64,000 nt of DNA from Squalus acanthias (Eukaryota), in the NCBI GenBank assembly GCA_030390025.1, contig CM059437.1, forward strand, positions 4,216,001-4,280,000, read 5' to 3'. Position 1 is the stretch's first letter, and each line of letters begins with the position of its first letter. Under the pieces are notes generated by a model. The model made no database searches and was not told the DNA's origin. It worked only from the letters and a program-made list of their open reading frames with translations. Shown in pieces: positions 36,988 to 51,187 of this stretch. Position numbers and translations under genes: made by a program.

Positions 36988-39814
36988 GCTGAAATAACAA
37001 TATTGAGTAATCACTTCAACTCTGAAGTGATGAATAGAGTTATCATCAACAGCCTTTTTGGTGATCACAAAAGATTTTGGAACCCACAAAACGAAGCGCA
37101 GAATCCCTTTCTTCAATGAGTACTTGCCGATTTCTAAAATCAGAATCAACAACGAACAATCACTGTGCAATCAGTTTCATGGAGAAACAAAATTGTAATT
37201 AATTAGTTCTCAAGACCACCAGAAAGAATTTAACAATGCACTTTGATGTATTAAGCAACCAATGCAACGTTCTCAGTGCTATGTTTCATGCTAAAACATA
37301 TATTTAAATCCATTGCTCTAATGATATGTTATTCTCCTCACGATTTTGTCACAGTAAATTAAAATATTTTTACTGCCTAGTACCACTCATACAGAGGAAT
37401 GTGTGCTGATTGTCAATAGCTGCTGGGACCAACCATTTAACTATCGATTCCAGATTAGTTTATTATCTTCAATAAAGAAAACTCTAATCCAATGAGATGC
37501 TAGACCTCACTGAATAAAAACGGCTATTGAAACAAACTCCACTAACCTTTACAGCAAAAAGATTGGATCAGATAATTACAGATAGCCAGATAATAGCAGG
37601 CATACTTTAATCTGCTCTAGATGTTAATATTTGTAATTGGAAACGGGTAAACGGAGCACTCGTCTGTAACAAGCTTCATTACTTGAAAATATCACCCACT
37701 TAAGGAAGGAAACTTTCATCTTTTCTTCCAGTGAGGTTTTTTTTGGACCGTTTAGAGCATATCCTTCAGGCCCATTACTTGGTATCCACTAGCTTGTTGA
37801 TCAGTAACAACAGGGAACATGGACCTGGATGCTCATCGTATGGTGAGTGGCACAAAAGTAGCACTTGGTGCCAAAGTTTGAGATCTTCATGGAAACTCCC
37901 CACCCCAACCTGGTAACAGCCAAACTCTCAAAGCAATATGGCGCCTGTTGTCATTCCACTAGTAAAAGTATTTGATCCGCGTTACGGTGTTTGTATGTTA
38001 AACTGGTGAAATACCCAGGACTTTACTGACAGTAAATTTATAAAAGCAACATCTGGAAATCCTTGTAAGCTTGGATTAATTGCCCATGCCTACTTGAATT
38101 GTAATGACATTCTGTATGCGTTTTGTATTCCATTGAGAGATGATAATACAGGGGAAGGAATTATTTCTAGGTCGGGCATCTGACGTCAGCATCAAGCACT
38201 TTCTGCTTAGATAGATGATTGTTAGATGCTGCAACAATGTTAGATCCCCCAACCTCTAAAGTGCCTCGCTACTGAACCAGTGTGACATGCCCCACACCAA
38301 TCATCGAGTGGACATTTTAAGTAATGCGAATTTATATATAGTGCAATAAAAATAGTACAAATACGAGCATTTAGAACCGCATCCAGTACCTACAAATTCA
38401 TATTTTGTCATAAGTTGCTACACTGCCACTTTCATGCCGTTTCGGATAGGCATCCGTGTGAAAATATCAATATAGTTGGTGTCAAATCGTAATCCAACCA
38501 TCGCAATAAGAATGCATTTACATTGCTGTGGGAGGCAATTTCCGCTGTGCACTGGCTAAAACAGGGTAAAGCTGGAGTCAGGGTCAAAGCAACTGTTGGG
38601 AACAAGCTCTACACGTCCGTATATCCTGAGCAGGAGGATTCGCGTTCCAGTCATTCAGGAGCCGAATAATGTAAGTGTGGGCGTAACCCAAACTGCAGCA
38701 ACCACCCTCAAACTGTAGCTGCAGTAAACCCAACATAAAGCCAAGCAGCCTGAGATTTCCAGGAGCAAGCCCACGTCATTTAAGTTTACAGTGGCTACAG
38801 CATAACTCTATCCTAGTACAAAGCCCCATTTGAAAAGTGTCCAGGCGCTCCATTGGTCTAGTAGGAGCTTTAAAACATAGGATTCCTTTCAATGCTAAGA
38901 GAGAATGTTACCCTCATCTTTCCTAATGTTAAAAATTAAGTGCCCAGGTAACTAAGCTCCACACTTGCGCTCAAGCGCACACATGCAGATTTCCTTTGTG
39001 TCAAACCTTCCTGTGGCCTGAAGGAATCCGCAGTTAGCAGCGTATCTGTAGTTTGCTGTTTTTGGATCATGCATCACACATACTGATCTGGATGCAAAGA
39101 TTAGTTATAACTGTGAACTACATTCTGTTCTCAGGTGGAAATATCTGCATTCTCGAGCAAAATAAAGGATTACAAGTTTACGCAGAAGGTCTAAAAATGC
39201 ACTTGAGCAGTTTCATCCCTCCAATGACACTGTCCCGGAGTTAGATGGCCTCCCCAAGGAGGATCCTGCACCACTTGGCCTCAGTGCATTCCAGACTTGA
39301 CTCCAGGGTTATGCTACCACTTTTGGGTCAATGAGTAACCAAAACCAACGCACAATAAGTAGCAAAATAAAACCAGCCTTACACGGCTGCTACCTAGCAA
39401 TACGTGATTGTGACTCTAATTTAAACTCTGGTAGCCAGGAGAGAGATCTAAGCATGGTAGCTGATAATCATTCATGGAGCTTCGCTGCAGGTCTATACGT
39501 TGGAATCTTTTCAGAGCAGAGACCAGGGATCTGCTTTCCCGAAACATTGCAATTTATAAGATGTCCAAGTGGCCCAGAAAACCCCGTGGACATTTTTTAA
39601 CCCCAGTTTGAAACTGTGTTTGAGCTACAATCCATAAAGCCGCCATTCCGTGGTCTTTAAATAAGATGAGATTTCAAATGGAGTGCAGTTTCTGCTGTGG
39701 GACCATGCCCACTAGCAACTGGATTGAGATTGCTTGAACTTATTTTGATCCAATAAAGAATTATAAATCCCACGAAGGATTACACATCCAATAAATAATT
39801 AGAAATCCAATAAT

Positions 39815-40070
39815 GATTTCAGGAGAAACTTATTTACCTAGAGAGTGGTGAGATTATGAAACCTGCTACCACGTGGAGTAGTTGAGACGACTAGCATAGA
39901 TGAATTTAAGGGGCAGCTAGATAAGTACATGAGAGAGAAAGGAATAGAAGGATATGTTGATGGGGTGAGATGAAGAGGGGTGGGAGGAGGCTCGTGTGGA
40001 GCATAAACACCGGCACGAACCAAGTGGGCCGAATGGCCTGTTTCCGTGCTGTAAATTCTATGTAATTTTA
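39815..40070 (+). mobile_element. CR1 3' fragment
   Basis: Same family as 2815-3060. Ends in GGGCCGAATGGCCTGTTTCCGTGCTGTAAATTCTATGT. Confidence 0.8.
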
Positions 40071-40435
40071 TGTATAGTGTTAAAGTCAAGCAATGCGAAA
40101 GGCACTTCCAAGGAATGTCACAGCACCCATTCTGAAGTCAGATGAGGACCTGACACTGAGCTATACTGCCACAATAGAAATACTGTGAAGCAGAAATCAC
40201 TTCACAGGCAACGCAAACTTGACAGTATAATCCTGCCCTTAGACGCCTGAGGACAAGGTTCCGTCAAACCAATCAACTAATAAACTGTCCTGCAAAGAAA
40301 TTGCTTGTGAAACCGCATTAAAATATGTCTGTAGTTGATTTTATCTAAGTTAGAGGAATAAATTAGAGTCCCCAGCAATGATTGCAATCCTTGCTAGCCA
40401 CAAGTATAAAATAATTTACATTGGAATAAGAAAAG

Positions 40436-40705
40436 CCTTTTCTCTCTCGTCATTCTCTCTTAACTTTTCTTCCCATCCTTTGTGTATTTTCTTTTCTCCC
40501 TTTCTCTAGCCCTTTACCTGTTTTCTCACCATATCCCCTGGCATTCTCCTTTTCCCCTAATCTTTCTCGGTATCTCTCTTTATTCTTAATCCCTACATCC
40601 CTTCTCTTCTAACTCTGTCCACGTCTCTTCTATAGGCTCGGCGCTTTCCCCCCTCCCCACACTGTTCTGCACTCTCTCCTTGTGTCTTGTTCCTTCTCGC
40701 TCTCC
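40436..40705 (+). repeat. Low-complexity polypyrimidine tract
   Basis: About 270 bp strongly C/T-biased on the plus strand. Confidence 0.7.
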
Positions 40706-40964
40706 AAGGTAGCATGAAATTTCAAACGTTTCTATTGTTCCATGTGTCTGCAAAATATCCGTGCACTCGGCTATAAACGCACGCCAACTATGAGGCTTGT
40801 AGAGGTAGCTTGAGAATAGTAACAGGACTATCGTAACTGATCGTGATTTTTAGATGTGTAACTTTTACAGTTTAGTTTTTATAATTTTATTCCACATGAA
40901 TCATCCTGTTATTTAACATGTTTTGGTCATCGTATTATGTGATATTTTATCTGATTTTAAAAAA

Positions 40965-41410
40965 TGCATTCACAGGATGTGGGCGTCGCTGACAAGGCCA
41001 GCATTTATCACCCATCCTTAATTGCCCTTGGGAAGGTGGTGGTGAGCCACCTTCTTGAACCACTGCAGTCCGTGTTGTGAAGGTACTCCCACAGTGACTT
41101 CGTCATAGTGGCTTGGTACAACGGAGTGGCTTACGAGGCCATTTCAGAGGACAGTTAAGAGTCAACCACATTGCTGTGAGTCTGGAGTCACATATAGGCC
41201 AGACCGGGTAAGGACGGCAGATTTCCTTCCCTAAAGGACATTAGTGAACCAGATGGGCTTTTACGACAATCCAGTAGTTTCATGTTCACCATTACTGATG
41301 CTAGCTTTTATATTCCAGATTGATTTCATTAACTGAATTTAAATTCCCCACCTACTGTTAGTCCAGGCCTCTGGATTACTTGTCCAGTAAAATAACCACT
41401 ATGCTACCGT
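40965..41410 (-). mobile_element. SINE with a CR1-type tail
   Basis: Homologous to 19545-19920 and 23425-23700. Its 3' end matches the LINE end at ~28560-28670. Confidence 0.85.
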
Positions 41411-41454
41411 TTACCGTTATAATGTTACTTGCGTTTATATAACGCCTTATCAAT

Positions 41455-42740
41455 ACAATGACGAATTTATATAGCGCCTTTATTACTTCCCAAGACGCTT
41501 CACAGAGGTGTAACTCAAATAAAACGTACGCAGAACCAAAGAAGAAAAGATTAGGAGCGGTGTTCAAAAGCGTGGTCAAAGGAGTGGGTTTTATGGAGGG
41601 TCTTAAAGGAGGAGAGGGAGTTGAAGAGGTGGAAAGGTTTAGGGAGGGAATTCTAGAGTGCGGAGCCTAGGCAGCTGAAGGCACAGCTCTCAGTGGCGGG
41701 AGGGATACACAAGAGGCCAGAGTTAGAGGAACGGAGCGTTGGGGGAGTGGGGTTGTAGGGCTGGAGGAGAATACAGAGATAGGAAGGGCGTAGCTATGAA
41801 GGGATTGAAACACTCGATTGAGAATTTAGAATCTGAGGCATTGGAGGACGAAAGACACTGAAGGCAGAGGTGATGGGTTAGTTGGACTTGCTGTCGGATA
41901 GCATAGGGGTAACAGAGTTTTGGAGGAGCATGAGAGACCAACCAGGAGAGCAATGGAATTGTCGTTTGGAGGTGGCAAAGGCATGTGGGAGAGTTTTAGA
42001 GGCAGATAGACTGAGGAAGGGATAGAGCCGGACGATGTTATGGAATTGGGTAGGCATTGTTGTGGAGAGCGTATCAGGTTGGAAGCACAGCTCAGTGTAA
42101 AATAGGACGCCAGGATTTCGAGACAGTGGCCAGGGAGAGGGATGGAATGGTGGCAAGGATATGAAGTTCTTGACAGATTGATGAGAGCAATGGCTTCAGT
42201 TTTCCCAAAGTTCAACTGGAGGATATTATAGTTCATCCAAGATTCCACGTTGGACAAACAGTCTGACAACACAAAGGCAGTGGAGGGGTCGAGAGAAGTA
42301 ATGGAGAAGTAATGCTGGGTGTTCTCAGTGTACAGGTGGACGCTGAACCCATGTCTGCAGATGATGTCGCCAAGGGATAGCCAGCAGATGCGGAAGAGAG
42401 GGGGCAAGGATAGATACTTGAGGCAATCGTGCGGGGCTGGGAAGACAAGTCATTGCTAGAGATGCTCTGGCTTTCGTCAGGTAGGTAAGAGTGGAACCAA
42501 AGGAAGGTACTCCTATTGAGCGAGACAACAGAGGAACGGCTTTAAAGGAGGATGGTGTGGTAAACCATGTCAAAGGCTGCAGAGTTTGAGGAGGATGAAG
42601 AAGGATAGTGCACCACAGTCACAGGGGTGCCGTTTGTGACTTTGGATAGGGCCGTTTCAGTACTATGGCAGGGCAGAAACCTGATTGAAGAGATTGAAAG
42701 TGGGAGTTACATGAAAGATGGCACGGATTTGGGAGGCGAC
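41455..42740 (-). mobile_element. Degraded L2 LINE
   Basis: Minus ORF LGDIICRHGFSVHLYTENTQHYFS...LSDCLSNVESWMNYNILQLNFGKTEAI, plus an L2 3' tail. Confidence 0.8.
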
Positions 42741-44509
42741 ATCAAAATGTTACAAAGAGCTTCCCGCAATGGTTTACTTTTGGAGGGTAGCGCCTTGTGG
42801 ATGCTTGCGGTTGTTGCATTTTACTCTGTGGTGCTCATGTTTGCACTCAACGCATTTCAGTTCCCTTTGAATGCCAGCCAGCCATTTCACCAGATTTTAA
42901 AACAGGAGGGTTACAGAAAACAATCATAGCGAGATCAGATGAAATGCCACGCCCAGGTTCGAGAATGTTTCATTTTGATTATTATACACCTCATATTATA
43001 ACCGTTACATCTCCGTTGTTCAGCTCACTGGAACTGCCCTGTCTTGGGTTGACTCGTACCTACCCGACCCGACCGCAGTAAACTGTTGAGAGTCTATAAT
43101 ATTATAAATTACAGAGGGTCATTGGGAAGGAGTGGGCTGGATGGGGTGAACAGTCTCTTATTCCACAATGTTTTTATCGACACCACCCACGTTATTTCAA
43201 ATTGACTGTCATCATTTATATAACAACATTCTTGTTACACTAATTTAATTCATCCGTGTGAATACTTCAATTTTTATAAAAAAATACAACGAGTCTACTT
43301 AACGCATTTCTGACTATATAATTACATTATGGCCATCTCAGTTGTAACTAGATTGGAGCCCGAACTGTTGTTATTTCGCTGGGTCGAGACGTTCGTCAAA
43401 TGAAATATCAACGATTTAAGATATGAGGCTCTTAAGGTCGGGATTTGAAGAGGAGATTTCGCCCAAAAATAAGACAATTTTTCTCATCAACTTAGTCAGC
43501 GTGAAGGATGCAATAACTGATTAGCATGCACGGTGGATACCACAATACTAAGTAATGAGACAGCTTGTATCACGTAGCTGTCAGTTCTGTTGGGTTGTTA
43601 TAAACGGCACTGGCGCACATTACACCGCACTGGGTGACTGCATTAATTTAGTCCATGCTGTAATTTATTTGAACAAGATTAAAAGCTGCAGTACTCTCCC
43701 TGCCAACATTTTGAGCATTCAAGGTCGAGGTGACGGTTCTGCTCAGGCATTGCGCCAAATCCAACAACAGTAAGAATAACTGACTAGAAAGTGAATACAA
43801 ATTGTAAAGTATACATCAGATGACAAACATCTCTCTACCTTTGTACTGAAATAGATTTCGGCATAAGTGAGACATAAAAAAGAAACCTGGTCAAGTTGGA
43901 AATCTGAAATAAAACAAAAACAGAGTTGTGCATTTAAACCATCTAATGTTCCATTCTCGTGCAAGCCCTTGCAGGAATGTGTAGCCTCAATGATGTAAGG
44001 AACCAAATCCAATGCAGAAAATGGGCACGTAAACAGAAATTTACAGATCACTTCGTTTCTAAAGCGACCTTGCAGCTCCTGCAGCATCTGTACAGGCGGC
44101 GCTTTTAGTGGTCACCACTTGGCTAATGAAGGCTATATTGCCGTGTATTTCCATAATGCATGCGTGATGTTAAAAAAAATTCACAAATATAACAGAACTA
44201 TGACAAAGTGGCAATTCGAAACAGCTCCATTTGATTTTTTTAAATACAAAATTCATAAAAATGCTACTTGAAATTATTTTCCCCAACTAATAAAATGCCA
44301 TCTGAGTTTTAAACGGTTACAACTAGGCAGCCGTGTAAGATGTTAAATATCTCCATTTGCGAGGAGTGGTCACTCACTTGTGAGGTATTTGGTCTGATGA
44401 ACGCGTTGCACCCCGACATGTCATCCTGTCCCCCCCCCCCTCTCTTTTCTGGTGCTGGTAGACTTGCTGTGTATTCCCAACGTTTTCTATTTCAATTTGG
44501 TCAGCCCTT

Positions 44510-44840
44510 TTAGTGGATCATCTCCTGGCCCCCAAAGCCTTGCCACCATCTACAAGGCACAATAGGAGCGTGGAATACTCGCCATTTGCCTGGATGGGGG
44601 AAGCCACAAAAACGTTCAAGAAGCTTGACACCTTCCAGGGAAGAGCAGTGATTGGGTATCGTTGCCGCTCGGCTCAATACCCATCACCCTCCCGGTGTAT
44701 GTATTATCTATACTGCATTAACTCATCAAGTTTACTTAGACAGCCCCTCTCAGCCTCGACACCATCAAGAAGGGCAAGAAGAGAAACTTGATGGTAACAC
44801 CATCACCTGTAAGTCACACATCATCCTGACCTGCACACTC
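44510..44840 (+). mobile_element. Old copy of the LINE family at 27-28.7 kb
   Basis: CCCAAAGCCTTGCCACCATCTACAAGGCACAA...AAGCTTGACACC, homologous to 28130-28500. Confidence 0.7.
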
Positions 44841-45018
44841 ACTGTTCTGGACCGCAAAATGTTCATTGCCTCTTGAGAATTGTAGAGGCAAAAAATGAAA
44901 ACGTATTTCCCACCCTCAGGATAAGTGAGCTATATGATGGCCTGCAACTCAATATAATCGATATCTTCATACTGCAAGGATGGATCGAATGGCCTTTTCT
45001 TACTTTCTGGATGAGATT

Positions 45019-46070
45019 AACAACAACAACAACTTGCATTTATATAGCACCGTTAACATAGTAAAACGACCCAAGATGCTTCACAAAAGAGTTATCAAAC
45101 AAAATTTGACACCGAGCCCCATAGGGGATATTAAGGCAGATGACCAAAAGCTTGGTCAAAGATGTAGGTTTTAAGGAGCGTCTTAAAGGAGGAAAGAGAG
45201 GTAGAGAGGTGGAGAGGTTTAGGGAGGGAATTCCAGAGCTTAGGGCCCAGGCAGCTGAAGGCACGGCTGCCAATGGTGGAGCGGTTAAAATCGGGGATGC
45301 GCAAGAGGCCAGGATTGGAGGAGTGCAGGTATCTCAGGGGGTTGTGGGGTTGGAGGAAATTACAAAGATAGGGAGGAGTGAGGCCATGGAGGGATTTGAA
45401 AACAACGATGAGAATTTTTAAATCGAGGCTTAACCGGGAGCCAATGTACCTCAGCGAGTACAGGGGGTGATGGGTGAACGGGACTTGGTGCGAGTTAGGA
45501 TACGGGCAGTAGAGTTTTGGATGAGCTTAAGTTTACATAGGGTGGAAGATGGGAGGCCGGCCAGGAGTGCATTGAATTAGTCAAGTCTAGAGGTAACAAA
45601 GACACGGATGAGGGTTTCAGCAGCAGATGAGCTGAGGCAGGGGCCGAGTCAGGTGATGTTACGCAGGTGGAAATAGTGATGGCATGGATATGTGGTCAGA
45701 AGCTCATGTCGGTATCAAATACAACACCAAGTTGCAAACAGTCTGGCTGAGCCTCAGACAGTTGACAGAGAGAGGGATGGAGTCAATGGTTATGGAATGG
45801 AGTTTGTGGCGGGGATCGAAGACAATGGCTTTGGTCTTCCCAATATTTAGTTGGAGGAAATTTCTGCGCATCCAGTACTGAAAGTCGGACAAGCGATCTG
45901 ACAACTTAGAGATGGTGGAGGGGTCGAGGGAGGTTGTGGTGAGGTAGAGCTGGGTGTTGTCAGCGTACATGTGGAACCTGATGCTGTGTTTTTGGATGAT
46001 GTCACCGAGATGCAGCAGTGAGATGAAAAATAGGAGGTGGCCGAGGATACATCCTTAGGGGATACCACAC
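45019..46070 (-). mobile_element. L2 LINE 3' portion
   Basis: MYADNTQLYL...LSDRLSDFQYWMRRNFLQLNIGKTKAIVF, with a (GTT)n tail. Confidence 0.85.
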
Positions 46071-46289
46071 CCACGAGAAAGTGGGTTGCAATCCTCTCCC
46101 TAATCGACATTTATCATAATACGTCTCCTGCCTGTGTTGTAATCTATTTATACGATTGTAATGTAATTATATAAATCACCAACATCTGAAACTAAGTATT
46201 GCATAATAGGTTAATTGTGTTATGTGCGGATTGCAAAAGTTGGGCAGCACTGTCAACAGTTTAATGCTCGTAATTATTTTATATATAAG

Positions 46290-47045
46290 AACATACGAAC
46301 AATGACGGACTGGAAAAGACCCTTTGGTCCATCCAGCCTGTCCCGCATAATTGCGTTGCCTTGTGTATCACAACATATACACTCTCCACTGCCTCCCCGC
46401 CTCCCCCCCCCCCCCGCCCCCCCCAACCATGTGATCACCTGGGAGAGGCAAAAAACAAATAAAAACCCAGGTCAATTTGAGGGTGGGAAATCTGGGAACT
46501 TCCTCTCCATCCCTCTTAGACAATTGAAATTAGTCCTGGAGATCACTCTGGTCCTTTAATTCTATACACTACCTACGTTTTATAAGAGGTGATCTCCGCC
46601 CTAGCCAGAAACAGGTCCAGGACTCCCATGAAGGAATTCAGTAAATCGGGTGCACCGCATGAGCTGGTTGCCTATTTCAAAGGTCCTCTACTCACTGAGA
46701 AAGGATCACCTCCTGACATCTAACCTAGGTCTGGCATTATGCCACTTAAAATTCCGACCCCTGGTCCTCCCTAACCTATTGAAACAATCTGCCGACTGGA
46801 ACACAATCTATTCCCTTCATCATCTTAGAAACCTCGATCAGATCACCTCTAAGTCTATGATTCTCTAGTGCAGAGACCGAGCTCTTTTAGCCTCTATTGA
46901 TAACTAAGATGTTTTAAACTGGGAATTAGTCTAATGGCCCTCCTCTGCGCCCTCAATATCACCCACCATGTGAGGGGACCAAAACTGGACACAGTATTCA
47001 AACTGAGGCTTGACCAAGGTATTGTACAAGGACAAAATGGTATGT
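46290..47045 (-). mobile_element. CR1 3' fragment
   Basis: LYNTLVKPQFEYCVQFWSP and QRRAIRLIPSLKHLSY. Confidence 0.8.
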
Positions 47046-47065
47046 TTATATATATACATACATAT

Positions 47066-47537
47066 AAAGAAAGGAAGACTTGCATTTATATAGTGCCTTT
47101 CACGACCACCGGACATCCCAAAGCACTTTACAGCCAATGAAGTACTTTTTGAAGTGTTGTCACTGTTGTAATGTAGGAAACGCGGCAGCCAATTTGTGCA
47201 CAGCAAGCTCCCACAAACAGCAATGTGATAATGGCCAGATAATCTGTTTTAGTGATTTTGATTGAGGGATAAAATATTGGCCAGGACACCACGGATAACT
47301 CCCCTGCTCTTCCTCAAAATAGTGCCATGGGATCTTTCACGTCCACCTGAGAGAGCAGATGGGGCCCTCAGTTTAACGTCTCATCCAAAAGACGGCACCT
47401 CCGATAGTGCAGCACTCCCTCAGCACTGCACTGGAGTGTCAGCCTAGATTTTGGTGCTCAAGTCTCTGGAGTGGGACTTGAACCCACAACCTTCTAATTC
47501 AGAGGTGAGAGTGCTACCAACTGAGCCATGGCTGACA
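47066..47537 (-). mobile_element. Full-length Deu-domain tRNA SINE (SacSINE1-like)
   Basis: A box TGGCTCAGTTGG, B box GGTTCAAGTCC, Deu core and an L2-like tail. Flanked by TA-rich target sequence on both sides. Confidence 0.9.
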
Positions 47538-47880
47538 CTATATATATAACACATATATATAGAAAAAATCTATGTTGTTTCCCTTCTTTAGATATATGTG
47601 CAAGGCATAGTGCAAAATGGAAAAACATGGAATAAAAATGGTATATTGCCTTACAGGTCTTGATACATCGCCTCTAAAAGAGACGCCTCCCCACCTCGAC
47701 TGGAATTGGGGAGCTACACTTCCCTTTCGCATTCCAAAGTTAAAATCGCTTAAGGCAACGTCACGGTCGCAACACTCTAATATGTTAAATGCAGGGTCTG
47801 GAATGCCACTTGCCGCAATTTCATTACAAAGGCATCCAATGCGCACAGGAAATGCCTTTCGTGAAACTGTTCGACGAAAG

Positions 47881-48555
47881 AACATAGCATAAGATATAGG
47901 AGCAGGAGTCGGCCATTCGGCCCCTCGAGCCTGCTCCGCCATTCAATAAGATCATTGCTGATCTTCTACCTCATCTCCACCCTCCTGCACTATCCCCCTA
48001 TCCCTTGATTCCCTTAATATCCAAAAATCTATCAATCTCTGTCTTGAATATACTCAAGGACTGAGCCTCCACAGCCCTCTGGGGTAGAGAATTCCAAAGA
48101 TTCACCACCCTCTGAGTGAAGAAATTCCTCCTCATCTTGGTCCTAAATGGCCGACCCCTTATTCTGAGACTATGACCCCTGGTTCTAGACTCCCCAGCCA
48201 GGGGAAACATCCTCCCTGCATCTACCCTGTCAAGCCCTGTAAGAATGTTGTATGTTTCAATGAGATCACCTCTCATTCTTCTAAACTCTAGAGAATATAG
48301 GCCTAGTCTACTCAATCTCTCCTCATAGGACAATCCCCCCCCCTCCCCCCCATCCCAGGAATCAGTCTGGCGAACCTTCGTTGCACTCCCTCTATGGCAA
48401 GTATATCCTTCCTTAGGTAAGGAGACCAAAATTGTACACAATACTCCAGGTGTGGTCTCACCAGGGCCCTATATAATTGCAGTAAGATGTCTTTACTTTT
48501 ATCTTCAAATCCTCTTGTAATAAAGGCCAACATACCATTTGCTTTCTCAATAAGG
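47881..48555 (-). mobile_element. Relatively young CR1 3' fragment
   Basis: ORFs LYRALVRPHLEYCVQFWSP and LSYEERLSRLGLYSLEFRRMRGDLIETY...FFTQRVVNLWNSLP, with the CR1 tail. Confidence 0.92.
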
Positions 48556-50496
48556 AAACTGTACATGTTAAAAAAAACAAGCCATACTTAGAAAGATAGA
48601 TAGACAGTATAGATGGATAGGTTGATTGATGATAGACAGACAGTCAGCTAGATAGATAGGTATGGAGCATTTTAACACAGAAGTTCTTACATTTAACACG
48701 AGTTAACTCTGCCGAATTTTCCATACTTTTAGAAAATGGGCTTTGTTAAAATCTTTGAAGAAATACGCTTCTCTTCAATCGTTAGTAAAAGCAGAAGTTT
48801 TCTATTTGCATTCAACCGGATTGATATTTATTAACGATCCCGTTTCTAAATTCGACCATTTAGTTCAGTAATGAAATTTGCCCTAGATTTGGCGTTACGG
48901 AGTCACTGCGTCTTAATTTCCCTGGTGTTCTTCTGCGCTTTTTAACCTGCGGTTACATCAATGGCCCTCAGACCTTCACCTACATTCCCTATAATAATTC
49001 GATTTTAAATTTAAAAAGAGAACTAATCGTTTCATGTTTAGAAAAATGTTCTTCAGAAGTGCTCATCTTTCAGGAACTTGTAATTGCGCCTTTTCTTTGC
49101 AAGTTTTAATTTGGGCTGGTTTATCTGAAATGGGAGCTGAATTCCAATGTTATCTTGCTAAGATTGAGAGAGTGCGAAAACAGCATTGACCAAATATAAA
49201 GTGGCATTGCGTGTAAATTGGGCGCCAACACCTCACACTTCCAAAATTGTGTAAATATGCTTTCTGTTCAGGCTTTCAGTCTAGCTAGCTAATCTTTATA
49301 TATGTAAGCATGAACCTAGCCATCTATAGTCTTAACAGAAAACTAAGTTTAAAATAATTTAGCTAAACTTTCGCTGCAGTCTATATTATATATTCCGAAT
49401 ATTTATTTTATAATATTGACTTATCATCAACATGCACTGACCAGTTGAAAGTGTGATATATGATTTTTGAGATCCATGCATCAATCACAGAATGTGAGAT
49501 CTACCCACCGCCCCCCCCCCCATTCTACACTGCTTATATCAAAATAGTTTCGATTTTGTAACATTATCTCGCATCCATTGTTTTCACAGCGGTTTGATTT
49601 TTCTTCTCAGAATATATTTGCACCGCAATAATTAGTTCTTATTGTTGCTGAAACTGATATCGTATTCGCTCCATTAAAATATATTTTCTGTTTATGTCTT
49701 ATGCCTAGGAGAAGTGTCATATGTTTCATGTGAGCAATGAATGATTACTCGGCTTTTATATCTTACCCTTATCAAACATCACATCGAAATGTATATGTAC
49801 AGTGGATAACGCTGCTTATAATACTACGATTAGATAAGTGTTCCATTTATCTCATGAACTCACGCTTTATTTCAATCGAGATTGAATATGTTGCTCACAA
49901 ATCGTTTTCCAACGAGTTAGTCATTGTCAAGACAGTGTATACATTTTAGCCTTTCTTTGACTTGCACGCACATTCACAGAAAACGAATACGCAAAATATT
50001 AAATTGCATCAGAACTGAAATATAGTGCTGATAATTTGATATTTTGTATTTTCAGTGCAGTCACATAAACTAGTTAGAAATATCAGACTGAATTATATTA
50101 ATATGTGTTAGCCGTTTGATTAATATAGCATTAATACAGCACAATATACAACAATAATAAGCCAGTAACAAAATCGGAGCAATCTGTAAACGTTGAATCA
50201 GAAAAATACAAAATTCAGGATATAAGAACTACTGAAATTGGCAGAACATTTCTAAATATTATATCGACATTAACCGATATAAAAAGCCGGCTCACAGATC
50301 AACTGTTAGACATGGAAAGGCGTATGCTATTTTGCGTTATATTCAATGACTAAAATATAAATTTTAATCAGAATACAGAATTGCCTTTTCAGAAAGTTAA
50401 CCAAACGTTCTTTATTCTAATTGTTTTTTTTAAGCAAAAGGTACATCTAACAAACAAGGACTTCGTATCATATTTAAAAAATGTTCTGCCCAAGCT

Positions 50497-50662
50497 CATT
50501 TAAAATATATTTTCAAAGATAGGGAATCTGAAATTAAAGTATTGATTTATTTTGCCTTTGGTAATCGCAACGCTTAAACATGTGAATAAACTAATGCACT
50601 AATTGTAACTGAGCGTCTGACACCAAGATCAGCTGCTGGGTATATATTGTTCTGTATCAAAC
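50497..50662 (-). pseudogene. HoxB12-like pseudogene, homeobox (exon 2) remnant
   Basis: Acceptor TTTGACAG|GTTTG (AG at 50664-50663). 50644-50570 reads YTQQLILVSDAQLQLVH*FIHMFKR versus Hox12 [24 protein letters not shown], with an in-frame TAG at 50593-50591 (from GAG). Weaker traces of helices 2-3 follow, including TTT GAA AAT (FEN for FQN) at 50517-50509. Confidence 0.6.
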
Positions 50663-51187
50663 CTGTCAAACTAGGCGAAAGTGCTAAGTTACATTTACAA
50701 TTAACCCGTGATCCACTGATCTTATTGACCTACACGTTTAAGTGGTTCCAATCAAAATACAATATAGTTACTGGATGTGTTTAGGTTATATTCATTGTGT
50801 TGGTGAAACTTTACTTTTGTTTTATTCCCTGTGGGCGAAGAGCAGAAACAGGCAATTTTGAACGAGTGAAGAATATGTGGGGATAATTTTCTGAAATTCA
50901 AATGGGAGGGAGACAATCGCCGATACGAACTGTATAATCAATTAATGAAATAAAAACACCGTTTGAATCAGTTTCCGGTCAAGATACATTTCCCATTCGT
51001 GTTAGTATGGTGAATATAGTTAAGAATTTAATTAAACCGCACTTACACACGATACCGTTTGTATTTGTTTTAAAACCAACCAACTTAAATTAAACTGAAT
51101 TAAGGGCGGATTTTGTCCTCGGTGTATCTTCGTGAACTAATAGCGTCTTTCTTTGCAATTTCTTATCAATTATGTTTCTTTTTGTCC

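Noticed and set aside
8000-50400. Numerous 60-145 aa ORFs outside repeats
   Set aside because: No recognisable domains or exon structure, consistent with chance ORFs.
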